Shown: positions 11,048 through 25,419, numbered from the stretch's first letter. The stretch is DNA of 64,000 nt from Patescibacteria group bacterium (GCA_044868145.1 JBIOWE010000006.1:78558-142557); one strand, 5' to 3'. Program-made: numbers and translations. The notes: generated from the letters alone by a model not told the origin.

Positions 11048-12069
11048 AGGATCAAATTGAAAAAATCAAACAGGAGTTTTTCGACGTCATCGGGCGTGTC
11101 CGCGATGCGCAAAGCTTACGCGATCTTGAGGTACGATTTCTCGGCCGAAAGTCACAACTCACGAACGTTCTGCGGAATTTGAAAAATTTGAGCATTGACG
11201 AGCGCCGAACGGTTGGTTCGTTCGCCAATGCAGTGCGCCAAGAGATGGAGCAAGCGCTTAAACAGTCGCGCCAACGCCTTGCCGCATCCCGCAGTCGCAC
11301 ACCGCGACTCGACATCACCTGGCCAGGTCAACATGCGCCTGTCGGTCATTTGCATCCGATCACGCAGTTTTTGCGGAAGGTTGAAGACATCTTCGTCTCC
11401 ATGGGGTTTGAAATACTCGACGGTCCGGAAATTGAAACAGAACAGTATAACTTCGACTTGCTGAACATCCCTAAGGATCATCCAGCGCGCGATAAATGGG
11501 ACACGTTTTACGTCGAGTCGCCCAAAAGCAAGCGCGAAAAGCTTTTGTTACGAACACATACGTCGCCCGTGCAGTTGCGCGCTATGGAAAAACGGAAACC
11601 GCCAGTACGATTGATTGTCCCAGGGCGGGCGTTTCGTCATGAAGCAACGGACGCAAGCCACGAAACAACTTTTTATCAATGCGAAGGGCTCGTGATTGAT
11701 GAAGGCGTAAGCGTAACGAATCTCATTGCGACCCTTCAATTGTTTCTCCGATCGATATTTGTTGAGCAAGTTAAAACACGCGTGCGACCGGAATATTATC
11801 CATTTGTAGAACCGGGTATGGATATTGATATGTCCTGCCTTATTTGCGGTGGGAAAGGCTGTTCTGTGTGCAAGCACCGAGGTTGGTTAGAGATGATGGG
11901 TTCCGGTATGGTACATCCCCAGGTTCTAAAGAACATGAGGGTTGACCCAAAGAAGTATCGCGGATTTGCTTTTGGCATGGGCATCGATCGGTTGATGATG
12001 TTGTATTATGGCATCAATAATATTCGACTTTCATACGCTGGCGATTTGAGGTTTTTGGAACAATTCTAG
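11044..12069 (+). CDS. pheS: Phenylalanine--tRNA ligase alpha subunit
   Basis: GHLHP, HPARDKWDTFY, LRTHTSPVQ, YPFVEP, GFAFGMGIDRL; ATG overlaps the upstream stop. Confidence 0.98.
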   Translation: MKDQIEKIKQEFFDVIGRVRDAQSLRDLEVRFLGRKSQLTNVLRNLKNLSIDERRTVGSFANAVRQEMEQALKQSRQRLAASRSRTPRLDITWPGQHAPVGHLHPITQFLRKVEDIFVSMGFEILDGPEIETEQYNFDLLNIPKDHPARDKWDTFYVESPKSKREKLLLRTHTSPVQLRAMEKRKPPVRLIVPGRAFRHEATDASHETTFYQCEGLVIDEGVSVTNLIATLQLFLRSIFVEQVKTRVRPEYYPFVEPGMDIDMSCLICGGKGCSVCKHRGWLEMMGSGMVHPQVLKNMRVDPKKYRGFAFGMGIDRLMMLYYGINNIRLSYAGDLRFLEQF

Positions 12070-12070
12070 C

Positions 12071-16536
<4,466 letters not shown>

Positions 16537-16542
16537 AAAGCT

Positions 16543-16730
16543 GGGAGGAAGAACCTACGGTTCCCGGGGCCCCGTTGGTCACCCAAAGGTGACATCACCA
16601 GGCCCGTCTCGTCCCGCGTCAAGCAAAGCAGTTTGCTTCACTTCTTGGCTCGACCCCTCCCACGCCTCCCTTTCCCTTATTTGTGTCCCTCGTCGTAGGT
16701 AACCCGAGACTTACAACTCGGGACGGATTC
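16543..16730. repeat. AACCTACGGTT-core palindromic repeat, copy 1, with internal hairpin insertions
   Basis: gggagg-aa-gaacc-tac-ggttc...cctccc-acgcctccctttcccttatttgt; homologous to 23785-23882. Confidence 0.65.
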
Positions 16731-16738
16731 CTTTTCAT

Positions 16739-16767
16739 TTGACAACCATTCTTGTCCATTCTACAAT
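16739..16767 (+). promoter_or_regulatory. Sigma70 promoter of secE-nusG-rplK
   Basis: TTGACA-17 nt-TACAAT. Confidence 0.75.
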
Positions 16768-16811
16768 GGATTTAGTCCCCGCAGAGGGGATTTTAAAGAC
16801 CAGAAAATTCC

Positions 16812-17000
16812 ATGTTTAAGTGGTTATTGCGCTATTTTCGAGAATCCCGCGATGAGCTACGCAAAGTTGTTTGGCCTTCGAGGCGCGATTTGGTCCGATA
16901 TACGTTGATCGTGATCGGCTTTAGCTTGTTTATGGCTATTTTTTTGGGAGCGGTCGATTTTATACTGACAATAGCGCTTGAGAAAGTTTTTAGTCGTTAG
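16812..17000 (+). CDS. secE: Preprotein translocase subunit SecE
   Basis: ELRKVVWPSR motif, single TM segment, directly upstream of nusG. Confidence 0.95.
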   Translation: MFKWLLRYFRESRDELRKVVWPSRRDLVRYTLIVIGFSLFMAIFLGAVDFILTIALEKVFSR

Positions 17001-17011
17001 CCGGAGCTTTT

Positions 17012-17557
17012 ATGCCAAAACAAACAGCACAACTTGGTCGCCGATGGTACGTTCTCCATACGTATTCAGGATACGAAGAAAACGTTGCGCAAAACTTGCG
17101 CCAGCGTATTGAATCAATGGGTATGGAGGACAAGATTTTCAATGTGTTAATCCCGACTGAGAATAAGATTAAGATAAAAAACGGTACAAGGAAGATCGTG
17201 ACCGAGAAGATTTTTCCCGGCTACGTGCTCGTCGAGATGATCGTGACCGATGATTCATGGTATGTCGTGCGTAACACCCCGAACGTCACCGGGTTCGTTG
17301 GCTCAGGCACGACGCCGACCCCGATTTCCGACACAGAGGTGAAAGAGATCCAACGGCGCATGGGGATTGCCGAGCCGAAGTACAAAATCGATGTTACCCC
17401 GGGCACACCTGTTCGCATCACGGATGGGCCATTCAAAGAATTTGAAGGGAAAGTTTCCGAAGTGGATGAGTCGCGTGGTAAAGTAAAAGTACTTGTTTCA
17501 TTATTCGGACGCGAAACACCCGTTGAGCTGGACTTCTTGCAAATTAAGAAACTTTAA
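17012..17557 (+). CDS. nusG: Transcription termination/antitermination factor NusG
   Basis: [35 protein letters not shown] domain, FGRETPVEL. Confidence 0.99.
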   Translation: MPKQTAQLGRRWYVLHTYSGYEENVAQNLRQRIESMGMEDKIFNVLIPTENKIKIKNGTRKIVTEKIFPGYVLVEMIVTDDSWYVVRNTPNVTGFVGSGTTPTPISDTEVKEIQRRMGIAEPKYKIDVTPGTPVRITDGPFKEFEGKVSEVDESRGKVKVLVSLFGRETPVELDFLQIKKL

Positions 17558-17562
17558 AGAAT

Positions 17563-17991
17563 ATGGCGACAAAAAAAATAAAGACGATCGTGAAGCTCCA
17601 AATACCCGCAGCCAAAGCAACGCCGGCGCCACCGATAGGGCCAGCGCTCGGGCAACACGGCTTGAATATTCAGGAGTTTTGCAAACAATTTAACGACCGC
17701 ACAGAGGGAATGAGCGGTGATATTGTGCCGGCAGAAATAACTATTTTTGAAGATCGTACGTTTAAGTTCGTCTTAAAAACTCCTCCCGCCGCGGAGCTCT
17801 TGAAAAAAGCGGCGAAGATCGAGAAAGGATCCGGTAGCCCGTTGAGCCAAAAAGTCGGCAAAGTCACAAAGCAACAAATTCGAGAGATCGCCGAGAAGAA
17901 AATGCCTGATTTGAACGCGAAAGACATCGAAGGGGCGATGCGGATTGTTGAAGGCACCGCGCGCAACATGGGTCTGACCGTGGAAAAGTAA
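17563..17991 (+). CDS. rplK: 50S ribosomal protein L11
   Basis: [27 protein letters not shown]. Confidence 0.99.
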   Translation: MATKKIKTIVKLQIPAAKATPAPPIGPALGQHGLNIQEFCKQFNDRTEGMSGDIVPAEITIFEDRTFKFVLKTPPAAELLKKAAKIEKGSGSPLSQKVGKVTKQQIREIAEKKMPDLNAKDIEGAMRIVEGTARNMGLTVEK

Positions 17992-17998
17992 GAGGTCA

Positions 17999-18964
17999 AT
18001 GCTTAGTTTGCTTATCCCGTTTGGGATTCTCATTATTATTATCTTTGCCATCGTGGCAATGATAGAAGGTAAAACAACAATGAAAAAAGGACGGGTGATT
18101 CGCAGTCTGTATTTCTATTTGACGTCGCTCATTACGCTCGCTATCGTGGTGGGCTCGTTGATTTATCTTATTAACCTTGGCTTGAAGAGCTACGCGTTTA
18201 AGGATGCCGATGCGGGGCTTGATTATGCGGGCGCGCCGCCGACATTATTCTTGGACGCCACAACAACTCCGGAGGCAGCGAAGCCGGTTGGACCGATAGA
18301 TGCAAAACTTTCGTGCGAAAAGGATTGTACGCTTACGGAAACGCAAAAAACGGGTATCGAGAGTTGGAAAACTAACTATCAGCAATGGCAAAGGACCGCA
18401 GCCGATCCCAGCGCAAGGCGGACGCGAGATGCGGTTGCCGCGCTTTCGTTTTTTCTCGTGGCGCTTCCATTTTTCATTATTCATTTTCGCGTAGTGCAAA
18501 AGGATGCAAAACAGCAAGACGAGTCTGAACCAGGCGCGATGCGGCCAATGTATTTTTACTTCGTGGCGCTGGCATCGCTCGTGATGATCGTTGTCGCCGG
18601 CGGTTTTCTCATTAACGTCGGTTTGAAAACATGGGTGTTCCCGAAAGCCGGCCAAGTAGACCAACAGGTGGTACGGCCGTATATTGCTGAATCTGATGCG
18701 AATAAAACCGTTATGGCAAGCCTGGTTGATTGTGCGGATAAGTGCGGTATTGACGCCGAAACAAAAGCGCTCGCGCAGAAGTGGCAAACTGATTACGATT
18801 CGTGGCAGGCACGGGTTAATAAACCGACGAACACGAACCAGCGTCAGGCCGCGACCTCCATTCCGTATGTGTTCGTCGGCATACCGCTGTTTTGGTACCA
18901 CTGGACCGTAGCGCGTCGCGAATCAAAAGAACGCAAGCAATCTCCGCCGACGATGGCTACATAA
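17999..18964 (+). CDS. Membrane protein with an internal duplication (DUF5671-like), located between rplK and rplA
   Basis: Two repeats of R-x-x-YFY...LINxGLK, C-x-x-x-C, W-x-x-x-Y-x-x-WQ and P-x-F-x-x-H. Confidence 0.75.
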   Translation: MLSLLIPFGILIIIIFAIVAMIEGKTTMKKGRVIRSLYFYLTSLITLAIVVGSLIYLINLGLKSYAFKDADAGLDYAGAPPTLFLDATTTPEAAKPVGPIDAKLSCEKDCTLTETQKTGIESWKTNYQQWQRTAADPSARRTRDAVAALSFFLVALPFFIIHFRVVQKDAKQQDESEPGAMRPMYFYFVALASLVMIVVAGGFLINVGLKTWVFPKAGQVDQQVVRPYIAESDANKTVMASLVDCADKCGIDAETKALAQKWQTDYDSWQARVNKPTNTNQRQAATSIPYVFVGIPLFWYHWTVARRESKERKQSPPTMAT

Positions 18965-18969
18965 AGAAT

Positions 18970-19653
18970 ATGACCGATCGATCAAAACGATATTCACAGG
19001 CAAAAAAGCTTGTTGATAGTACGAAGACGTACGATATTGACGAAGCTTTACAATTGGTCAAGAAAATTTCGACGACCAAGTTTGACGGAAGCGTCGAGGT
19101 CCATATCAAACTGGGCATTGATCCAAAAAAAGGAGATCAGTCCGTGCGCGGTTCCGTCACGCTGCCCCACGGAACCGGCAAAAAGAAGATCATCGCCGTT
19201 TTTGCAGAAGGCAAGGCGGCTGATGACGCCCGCGCGGCAGGCGCCGACATCGTTGGCGGCGACGAGCTGATTCAAGAAATAAAAAAGACCGGTAAAGTTA
19301 ATTTCGAGATTGGTATGGCGACGCCTGCGATGATGAAAAAGCTCGGTCCCGTTGCCAAGATTCTTGGGCCGAAAGGACTGATGCCCAATCCAAAGAACGA
19401 GACAATCACCGATGACGTTGCGAAGACTGTGGCTGCGCTCTCGAGCGGAAAGATTACTTTTCGAAATGATGAGTCCGGCAATATTCATCAAGTTATCGGA
19501 AAGACGTCTTTTGAGACGAAGCAGCTTGGTGAGAACCTGTCAACATTTCTCGAAGCGGTAAAACGTACAAAGCCCCAAGCCCTCAAAGGCACCTTTCTGC
19601 TTGGCATGGCGGTCGCATCGACCATGAGTCCTGCAATCAAGATTAAAAGTTAA
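18970..19653 (+). CDS. rplA: 50S ribosomal protein L1
   Basis: KFDGSVEV, VRGSVTLPHGTGK, ILGPKGLMPNPK, STMSP. Confidence 0.99.
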   Translation: MTDRSKRYSQAKKLVDSTKTYDIDEALQLVKKISTTKFDGSVEVHIKLGIDPKKGDQSVRGSVTLPHGTGKKKIIAVFAEGKAADDARAAGADIVGGDELIQEIKKTGKVNFEIGMATPAMMKKLGPVAKILGPKGLMPNPKNETITDDVAKTVAALSSGKITFRNDESGNIHQVIGKTSFETKQLGENLSTFLEAVKRTKPQALKGTFLLGMAVASTMSPAIKIKS

Positions 19654-19669
19654 AACGTAAAAAGGAAAC

Positions 19670-20368
19670 ATGGGAGCCGCCGCAAAAAGGATTTTAAGGA
19701 TTGGACACCGCGGGGCTGCCGGGTATGCGCTTGAGAATACGGTCGCGTCATTTCAGAAAGCGATCGAACTTGGCTGCGACATGATCGAAGTTGACGTGGC
19801 GAAGACGTGCGATGACGAGCTCATACTCATGCACGACGCACTCGTAGACCGAACCACTGTCGCAACAGGCTTCGTACGAGACTTGCGACGGTCGGATGTC
19901 GAATCCATACGCACGAAGAACGGAGAACGGTTGCTGATGCTCCACGAGCTTCTGGATACATTCGGCGGACGCATCCGGCTCAACCTCGAATTAAAAAGTG
20001 CCGGGACAGCTGCACTGGTTGGGCGTCTACTCAAGAAGAAAGGAATCGATGGCCAGATAGTCGTTTCTTCGTTTTCGCATGAAGAGATACGCGAATTCAA
20101 AAAGCTCAATGCATCCGTGAAAGCAGCTATTCTGCTCGGTGGATCACCCGCGGATTTAAACGATCTTGCGATGCTCATACGCAAAGCCGATGCCGACGGT
20201 GTAAGCCTCGCTTACGAAACAGTGACTAGCGAGGTGGTTCAATTTCTCCATGAGAACAAATATTTTGTTTATGTTTGGACAGTCAACGACCCCCGTGAAA
20301 TCGCCTTAATGAGATCAATGGGAGTCGATGGGATTATCAGCGATTACCCGGACCGCCTAGTAAATTAA
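19670..20368 (+). CDS. Glycerophosphodiester phosphodiesterase
   Basis: GHRGA, ENT, EVDV, MHD, NLELK, VWTVND, GVDGIISDYP. Confidence 0.95.
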   Translation: MGAAAKRILRIGHRGAAGYALENTVASFQKAIELGCDMIEVDVAKTCDDELILMHDALVDRTTVATGFVRDLRRSDVESIRTKNGERLLMLHELLDTFGGRIRLNLELKSAGTAALVGRLLKKKGIDGQIVVSSFSHEEIREFKKLNASVKAAILLGGSPADLNDLAMLIRKADADGVSLAYETVTSEVVQFLHENKYFVYVWTVNDPREIALMRSMGVDGIISDYPDRLVN

Positions 20369-20450
20369 AAATGAAAAATTAAAAAGTAAAAATATCGAAA
20401 GAATTTCTTTACATTTTTTTATCTTTACTATTTAGTTTTTTATTTGGTGT
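20361..20450. repeat. Inverted pair of 7-nt-period tandem repeats
   Basis: Left arm aaaaatg aaaaatt aaaaagt aaaaata; right arm tttacat...tttacta tttagtt ttttatt. Confidence 0.65.
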
Positions 20451-20453
20451 CGT

Positions 20454-22055
20454 ATGGCTGACGACAAACGAGACATCTTTGCAATCGTAGGATTACCACC
20501 CGAGGTACTCGCGGTCGCCATGGCGAAGTATTCCCGTTCTGCGAAATCCATCAAGGAAACGATTGATGAGTTGACCGAGGAAAAATCCGCAGAGTTTCAC
20601 GAAAAGTGGGTGTTGGGATACGGCGATGCGTCCGTCGCTGATATGGCAATTGTTGCGCTCGCGCTGGAGAATGTTTCCATTCTCGCGAGCAAAGTGATCG
20701 AAGACAACCGAATAGCCGCGTATCAAGAAAAATCCACGCGCTACCAGTCATTCGCGCTTGAAGATAAAGAATTATCAGCTCACTTGCTTGAGCGCAAAGA
20801 AACCGGAGAAGCATTCGCTCGAAAAAGGTACTTCAAGCCCCGGGCAATCATGGCGTCCGGCCAAGCGGCTTTGTTCACGCAAACGGCCGACTTTTTGTTT
20901 GAGCAATACACGGAGATAACAAAGAAGATGATGGAGTATTATTCGCGGAAGTACCCCAAGCCTGCGGACATGACGGATAAGGCCTACGCCGCAAAAGTGC
21001 GGGCACGCTCGCTCGACGTGGCCAGATATTTGTTGCCGGCGGCGACGTTGACGAATTTCGGCATGATCATCAATGCGCGCTCGCTCCGTCATGCGATTTC
21101 CAAAATGATGGGACATCAGCTGGAAGAATTACACGAGATCGGGGCGGAAATGCGGGAAGCCGCCATCAACCCGGCATACAATCCGCAGTCGAAAAAGATC
21201 GAGCAATTACTTGCCCAACTGCGTGCGCTCGGAGGAAAAACGCAGGAGTTAGCCGACCAAGTTCAACAATCCATTTCCCTCCAAGTGAAAGGAGCGCCGA
21301 CGCTTATCAAACATACGGACCCCAAAGAGTATTTAACAAAAACAAGCACGAAACTTGCGGCGATCGCCTCGGAATTACTGAAAGACGTGGTTCCGGAAGC
21401 GGGGGAGCGCGCGTCCTATCTGGGGGTGGATGAAACGTACGAAGACGAGCTGATCATCACCCTTCTTTACGGCGTATCTCATTGCGCGTATCGTCAGATT
21501 GCCGACGTCGTGAGGCGATTGCAAGAAGCGAAGAAAAAAGAAATTATTAAAATCGCAACAGCGCATCGCAGCCAGTGGGATTGGCCGACGCGCCACTTTG
21601 AAACCGGTCGTCAATTCACCTTTGACACGCTTATGGACTATGGCGCGTTTCGGGACCTCCAGCGCCATCGGCTCACGACGCAGATCAACCAAGAGCTGGG
21701 AGTTGAGCATGGCTATGAATTGCCGCTTGGCCTTGGCATTGACGAAGCGGGACTCACTGCACAAATGTCGCAAGCGCTTGAACGCGTGAAAGAAGTATAC
21801 CTCGAGCTGAAATACTCATTCCCGAACGAAGCGCAATACATTATCCCGCTCGGGTTTCGGAAGCGTACGCTTTTTAAAATGAATCTTCGCGAGCTCACGC
21901 ATATCGTGGAACTGCGGACAAAAGCGGGAGGTCACCTATCGTACCGCGACCTGTGCTATGAAATGTATGCAAAAGTATCCAAGCGGCACCCACTGCTCAC
22001 CATGCACATACGCGCCGTGAAGCCGGATTTCCCTAAGGAATTTTTTGAACGCTAG
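20454..22055 (+). CDS. thyX: FAD-dependent thymidylate synthase (two-domain ThyX type)
   Basis: AKYSRS, YQEKSTRY, DVARYLLPAAT, DYGAFRDLQRHR, ELRT...GHLSYR; adjacent to tmk. Confidence 0.9.
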   Translation: MADDKRDIFAIVGLPPEVLAVAMAKYSRSAKSIKETIDELTEEKSAEFHEKWVLGYGDASVADMAIVALALENVSILASKVIEDNRIAAYQEKSTRYQSFALEDKELSAHLLERKETGEAFARKRYFKPRAIMASGQAALFTQTADFLFEQYTEITKKMMEYYSRKYPKPADMTDKAYAAKVRARSLDVARYLLPAATLTNFGMIINARSLRHAISKMMGHQLEELHEIGAEMREAAINPAYNPQSKKIEQLLAQLRALGGKTQELADQVQQSISLQVKGAPTLIKHTDPKEYLTKTSTKLAAIASELLKDVVPEAGERASYLGVDETYEDELIITLLYGVSHCAYRQIADVVRRLQEAKKKEIIKIATAHRSQWDWPTRHFETGRQFTFDTLMDYGAFRDLQRHRLTTQINQELGVEHGYELPLGLGIDEAGLTAQMSQALERVKEVYLELKYSFPNEAQYIIPLGFRKRTLFKMNLRELTHIVELRTKAGGHLSYRDLCYEMYAKVSKRHPLLTMHIRAVKPDFPKEFFER

Positions 22056-22057
22056 CT

Positions 22058-22780
22058 ATGAAAAAACATAAAGGTATTTTTATCATGGTAGACGGCATTG
22101 ACGGTTCCGGCAAAGGAACCATCGTCCAAGGCCTTGGCGCTTGGATGCGCAAGAAAGGCAAGCGCATTTTAGACCTTCGCAGCTATATGAAACGCCGGCA
22201 TAGTTTGCCGGAGCCGGAAGCATTGAAGCCATACGACGTCATTCTTTCCGCAGAGCCGACTTTTTCTCTTATTGGCCGAGCGATTCGCGAAGAAATCGTC
22301 CGCGATAACAAACGGGAGTATTCCGCGCTTGCGACAGCACAGGCGTTTGCGCTCGATCGTTTTATTTTGTATAAACGGGTTATTATTCCGGCGCTCTTGC
22401 AAGGCAAGTCTATTTTTCAGGAACGAGGGATCTCAAGCTCGATTGCGTACCAGCCTATTCAGAAAGAGCGACTGTCGCTTCAGGCTATTCTTTCATTGGA
22501 AGGCAACAAACTCGCACTCCGCTACAGGCCGGATATTTTGCTGATTACCACAGTTGATCCAAGAGAAGCCGCCCATCGCTTAACCAAGCGTGATGGAAAA
22601 AAAGACAACGCGATTTTTGAGCACCTAACGTTCTTGGCGAGGTTAAAAAAGCGTTACGAAGCGCCGTGGTTTCGCTCGATATTCATGAAGCGCGGCACAA
22701 TCGTGCGTTATATCGATGCGAGCACGCCAAAGCCGGAAACTATCCGCCAAGCAATAAATGTTTTGTCAAAGAGCTCCTAG
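22058..22780 (+). CDS. tmk: Thymidylate kinase
   Basis: DGIDGSGKGT P-loop, EP, FALDR, ERGISSSIAYQ, PD motif. Confidence 0.88.
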   Translation: MKKHKGIFIMVDGIDGSGKGTIVQGLGAWMRKKGKRILDLRSYMKRRHSLPEPEALKPYDVILSAEPTFSLIGRAIREEIVRDNKREYSALATAQAFALDRFILYKRVIIPALLQGKSIFQERGISSSIAYQPIQKERLSLQAILSLEGNKLALRYRPDILLITTVDPREAAHRLTKRDGKKDNAIFEHLTFLARLKKRYEAPWFRSIFMKRGTIVRYIDASTPKPETIRQAINVLSKSS

Positions 22781-22892
22781 GCCTTGACACCGTTTTCCTA
22801 TCTGGTATTGTAAGGACACTTAAAATGTGTTCTTTTTTTGTACCTTAACAATACTTCCATACGAGGGAGTCCCGAAAGGAGGTGTGAAAGAC

Positions 22893-23747
22893 ATGAAGCC
22901 GAAGCAAAGATGGAAACGTACTGCAGATAAAAGCTTGGATGTCTATTTGAAAGAAATAGGCAAAACCCCCCTCATTAACCATGAGCAAGAGAAAGAGCTT
23001 GCAAGACGTATTAAAGCAGGTGATGTGCAGGCGATCGAGGAATTGACAAAAGCAAATTTGCGATTCGTTGTTTCTGTCGCAAAACAATACCAAAATCAAG
23101 GCATTCCTCTTCCCGACCTGATCAATGAAGGGAACACAGGTCTTATTACGGCCGTGAAACGATTTGACGAAACCAGAGGCTTCAAATTTATCTCATACGC
23201 TGTTTGGTGGATTCGTCAGGCGATTCTTGCAGCATTAGCCGAACAGTCGCGTATTGTGAATATTCCGTTGAACAGAGTGGGAACAATGATGAAAATCGGT
23301 AGAATAGCGGGCGAATTAGAGCAGTCGCTCGGGCGTCCACCTTCACCTGGAGAAATCGCCAGCGAGCTTAATCTCGGGCACCTGGAGGTGGTTGATACGA
23401 TGAAGATCAAGAATTCTCATCTATCGATTGACGCGCCAATGCCTTTTGCTGAAGACAAGAACCTCATAGAAAACCTTGAGGATAAGCAGCAACCTTCGCC
23501 TGAAGACCTATTGTTAGAACAGTCTTTACGTAAGGAAATTTCCGCAGCTCTTGATTCGTTGACTCCACGTGAAGCAGAAGTCCTGTTATTGTACTTTGGA
23601 TTGAATGGCGAAAGAGCGCAAACTCTTGAAGAAATTGGCCGTGGGTATAATCTGACCCGCGAGCGGGTAAGACAAATCAAGGAAATAGCTATTCGACGGC
23701 TTCGTAAAACAAGTCGCGTCAATGCCCTTAGGGCTTATCTTAAATAG
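22893..23747 (+). CDS. RNA polymerase sigma-70 factor, short RpoD/SigA type lacking region 1.1
   Basis: ANLRFVVSVAKQY, DLINEGN, GFKFISYAVWWIRQ, TLEEIG, TRERVRQI; AGGAGGTG SD before the ATG at 22893. Confidence 0.95.
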   Translation: MKPKQRWKRTADKSLDVYLKEIGKTPLINHEQEKELARRIKAGDVQAIEELTKANLRFVVSVAKQYQNQGIPLPDLINEGNTGLITAVKRFDETRGFKFISYAVWWIRQAILAALAEQSRIVNIPLNRVGTMMKIGRIAGELEQSLGRPPSPGEIASELNLGHLEVVDTMKIKNSHLSIDAPMPFAEDKNLIENLEDKQQPSPEDLLLEQSLRKEISAALDSLTPREAEVLLLYFGLNGERAQTLEEIGRGYNLTRERVRQIKEIAIRRLRKTSRVNALRAYLK

Positions 23748-23779
23748 GCATTCGTGTTACGGCACGGATGCCTTTTTTT
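23747..23779 (+). terminator. Intrinsic terminator
   Basis: aggcattcgtg-ttacgg-cacggatgcct followed by a T tract. Confidence 0.8.
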
Positions 23780-23784
23780 AATCC

Positions 23785-23882
23785 TCGGAGAGCAAACCTA
23801 CGGTTTTCTCTTCCGATGCCTCTCTTTCCCTTTATTGTCTTCGTCAATTTCAGGAACCCGCCTGTCGGCACCCGAAATTGAC
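23785..23882. repeat. AACCTACGGTT-core palindromic repeat, copy 2
   Basis: tcggagag-c-aaacc-tac-ggttt-tctcttccga-tgcctctctttccctttattgt, then a gtcaatttc...gaaattgac stem. Confidence 0.65.
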
Positions 23883-23914
23883 TCAGTGTTTTAAGAATAT
23901 GCTACAATGTATGT

Positions 23915-25417
23915 ATGAAATACGAAGCGGTTATAGGTCTTGAGACGCATGTACAACTTCGGACGCGATCGAAGATGTTTTGTTCGTGCGACAACACCGG
24001 TGAGACGCAACCGCCGAACACAACCATTTGCCCGATTTGCATGGGCCATCCTGGTACGTTGCCCGTGGCGAACAAGCAGGCAGTTGAATGGGCTATGACC
24101 GCTGCGCTTGCGCTTAGCTGCACGGTAAAGGAACATTCCCGATTTGACCGGAAAAGTTATTTCTACCCGGATTTGCCTAAAGGCTATCAAATTTCCCAGT
24201 ACGACCAGCCAATCGGACGCGACGGTTTTTTGATTGTGGAAACGCCGTCCGGCAGTCGCCGTATTGGCATTGAACGACTGCATGTTGAAGAAGATACAGG
24301 CAAGCTGCTCCATGCGGCTGACGGTTCAAAGTCTTTTGTCGACTTCAACCGCGCAGGCACCCCTCTTCTTGAGATTGTCACAAAACCGGAAATTCGTTCA
24401 CCCGAAGAAGCAAAGATATTTTTACAGGAATTGCGTACGATCATGCGGTACCTAGGTATTTCGGACGCGGATATGGAAAAAGGGCATTTACGCTGCGACG
24501 CAAACATATCGTTGCGGCCGCGCGACGATAATCAGCTGTATCCGAAAACGGAAATCAAGAATATGAACTCGTTTCGAGCGGTTGAAAAAGCGCTGCAGTA
24601 TGAAATAAAACGGCAAACCAAGCTCTGGCAGGCGAACACGCCGCCAAGTACACTTTCCACCCGTGGTTGGGATGAAAAGCGCGAGCAAACTGTGGCCCAG
24701 CGTGAAAAAGAAGAACAGCACGATTACCGCTATTTCCCTGAGCCGGATTTGCCGCTCTTGTATTTCGACAAGGCATTCGTTGCTCACACGAAACAATCCA
24801 TCCGTGAGTTGCCGTTTGAAAAGCGCAACCGTTTTGAGGAAGAATTTGAGCTGTCAAAGTCCGATGCGCACATGATCAGCCAAGACAAGGAAACCGCAGA
24901 TTATTTTGAAAACGTCATTTCAGAGCTGCGGGAATGGCTCGGCACGGCCGAAGGTATGGAAGGGTCGAAGGAAGAACTGTGGGAACAAAACAAGAAAAAG
25001 TTGATCAAGCAAGTCGTGAATTGGCTTATCAGCCGGCTGTTCAATTTGTTGAACGAATCGCGGACCACGATTGATCATGTAAAAGTCACACCGGAAAATT
25101 TTGCCGAGCTCATGACCATGATTTTTCAACACCGCGTGAACGGCACAACCGCATTGGCAATCTTAAAAAAAATGTTTGCGACCGGTGAGGATCCCTCGAC
25201 GATCATGGAAGAAGGGGGGCTTGAACAAATCGGGACAAGTCAGGAATTGGACGGTATCGTTGCAGCCGTGCTTGACAACCACCCGGATATTGTGCGAATG
25301 TACCAACAGGGAAAAACGACAACTTTACAATTTCTCATTGGACAGGTTATGAAAAAGACAAAAGGTCGAGCAGACCCGGAAGTAGTACAAGATTTATTGC
25401 TAACACACTTACAATAA
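23915..25417 (+). CDS. gatB: Asp-tRNA(Asn)/Glu-tRNA(Gln) amidotransferase subunit B
   Basis: IGLETHVQL, YFYPDLPKGYQISQ, DFNRAGTPLLEIVT, DYRYFPEPDL. Confidence 0.99.
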   Translation: MKYEAVIGLETHVQLRTRSKMFCSCDNTGETQPPNTTICPICMGHPGTLPVANKQAVEWAMTAALALSCTVKEHSRFDRKSYFYPDLPKGYQISQYDQPIGRDGFLIVETPSGSRRIGIERLHVEEDTGKLLHAADGSKSFVDFNRAGTPLLEIVTKPEIRSPEEAKIFLQELRTIMRYLGISDADMEKGHLRCDANISLRPRDDNQLYPKTEIKNMNSFRAVEKALQYEIKRQTKLWQANTPPSTLSTRGWDEKREQTVAQREKEEQHDYRYFPEPDLPLLYFDKAFVAHTKQSIRELPFEKRNRFEEEFELSKSDAHMISQDKETADYFENVISELREWLGTAEGMEGSKEELWEQNKKKLIKQVVNWLISRLFNLLNESRTTIDHVKVTPENFAELMTMIFQHRVNGTTALAILKKMFATGEDPSTIMEEGGLEQIGTSQELDGIVAAVLDNHPDIVRMYQQGKTTTLQFLIGQVMKKTKGRADPEVVQDLLLTHLQ

Positions 25418-25419
25418 TT

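Noticed and set aside
20454-22055. Double-length ThyX as a novelty
   Set aside because: Tandem-domain ThyX proteins are an already known form, and the tmk neighbour fits normal thymidylate metabolism.
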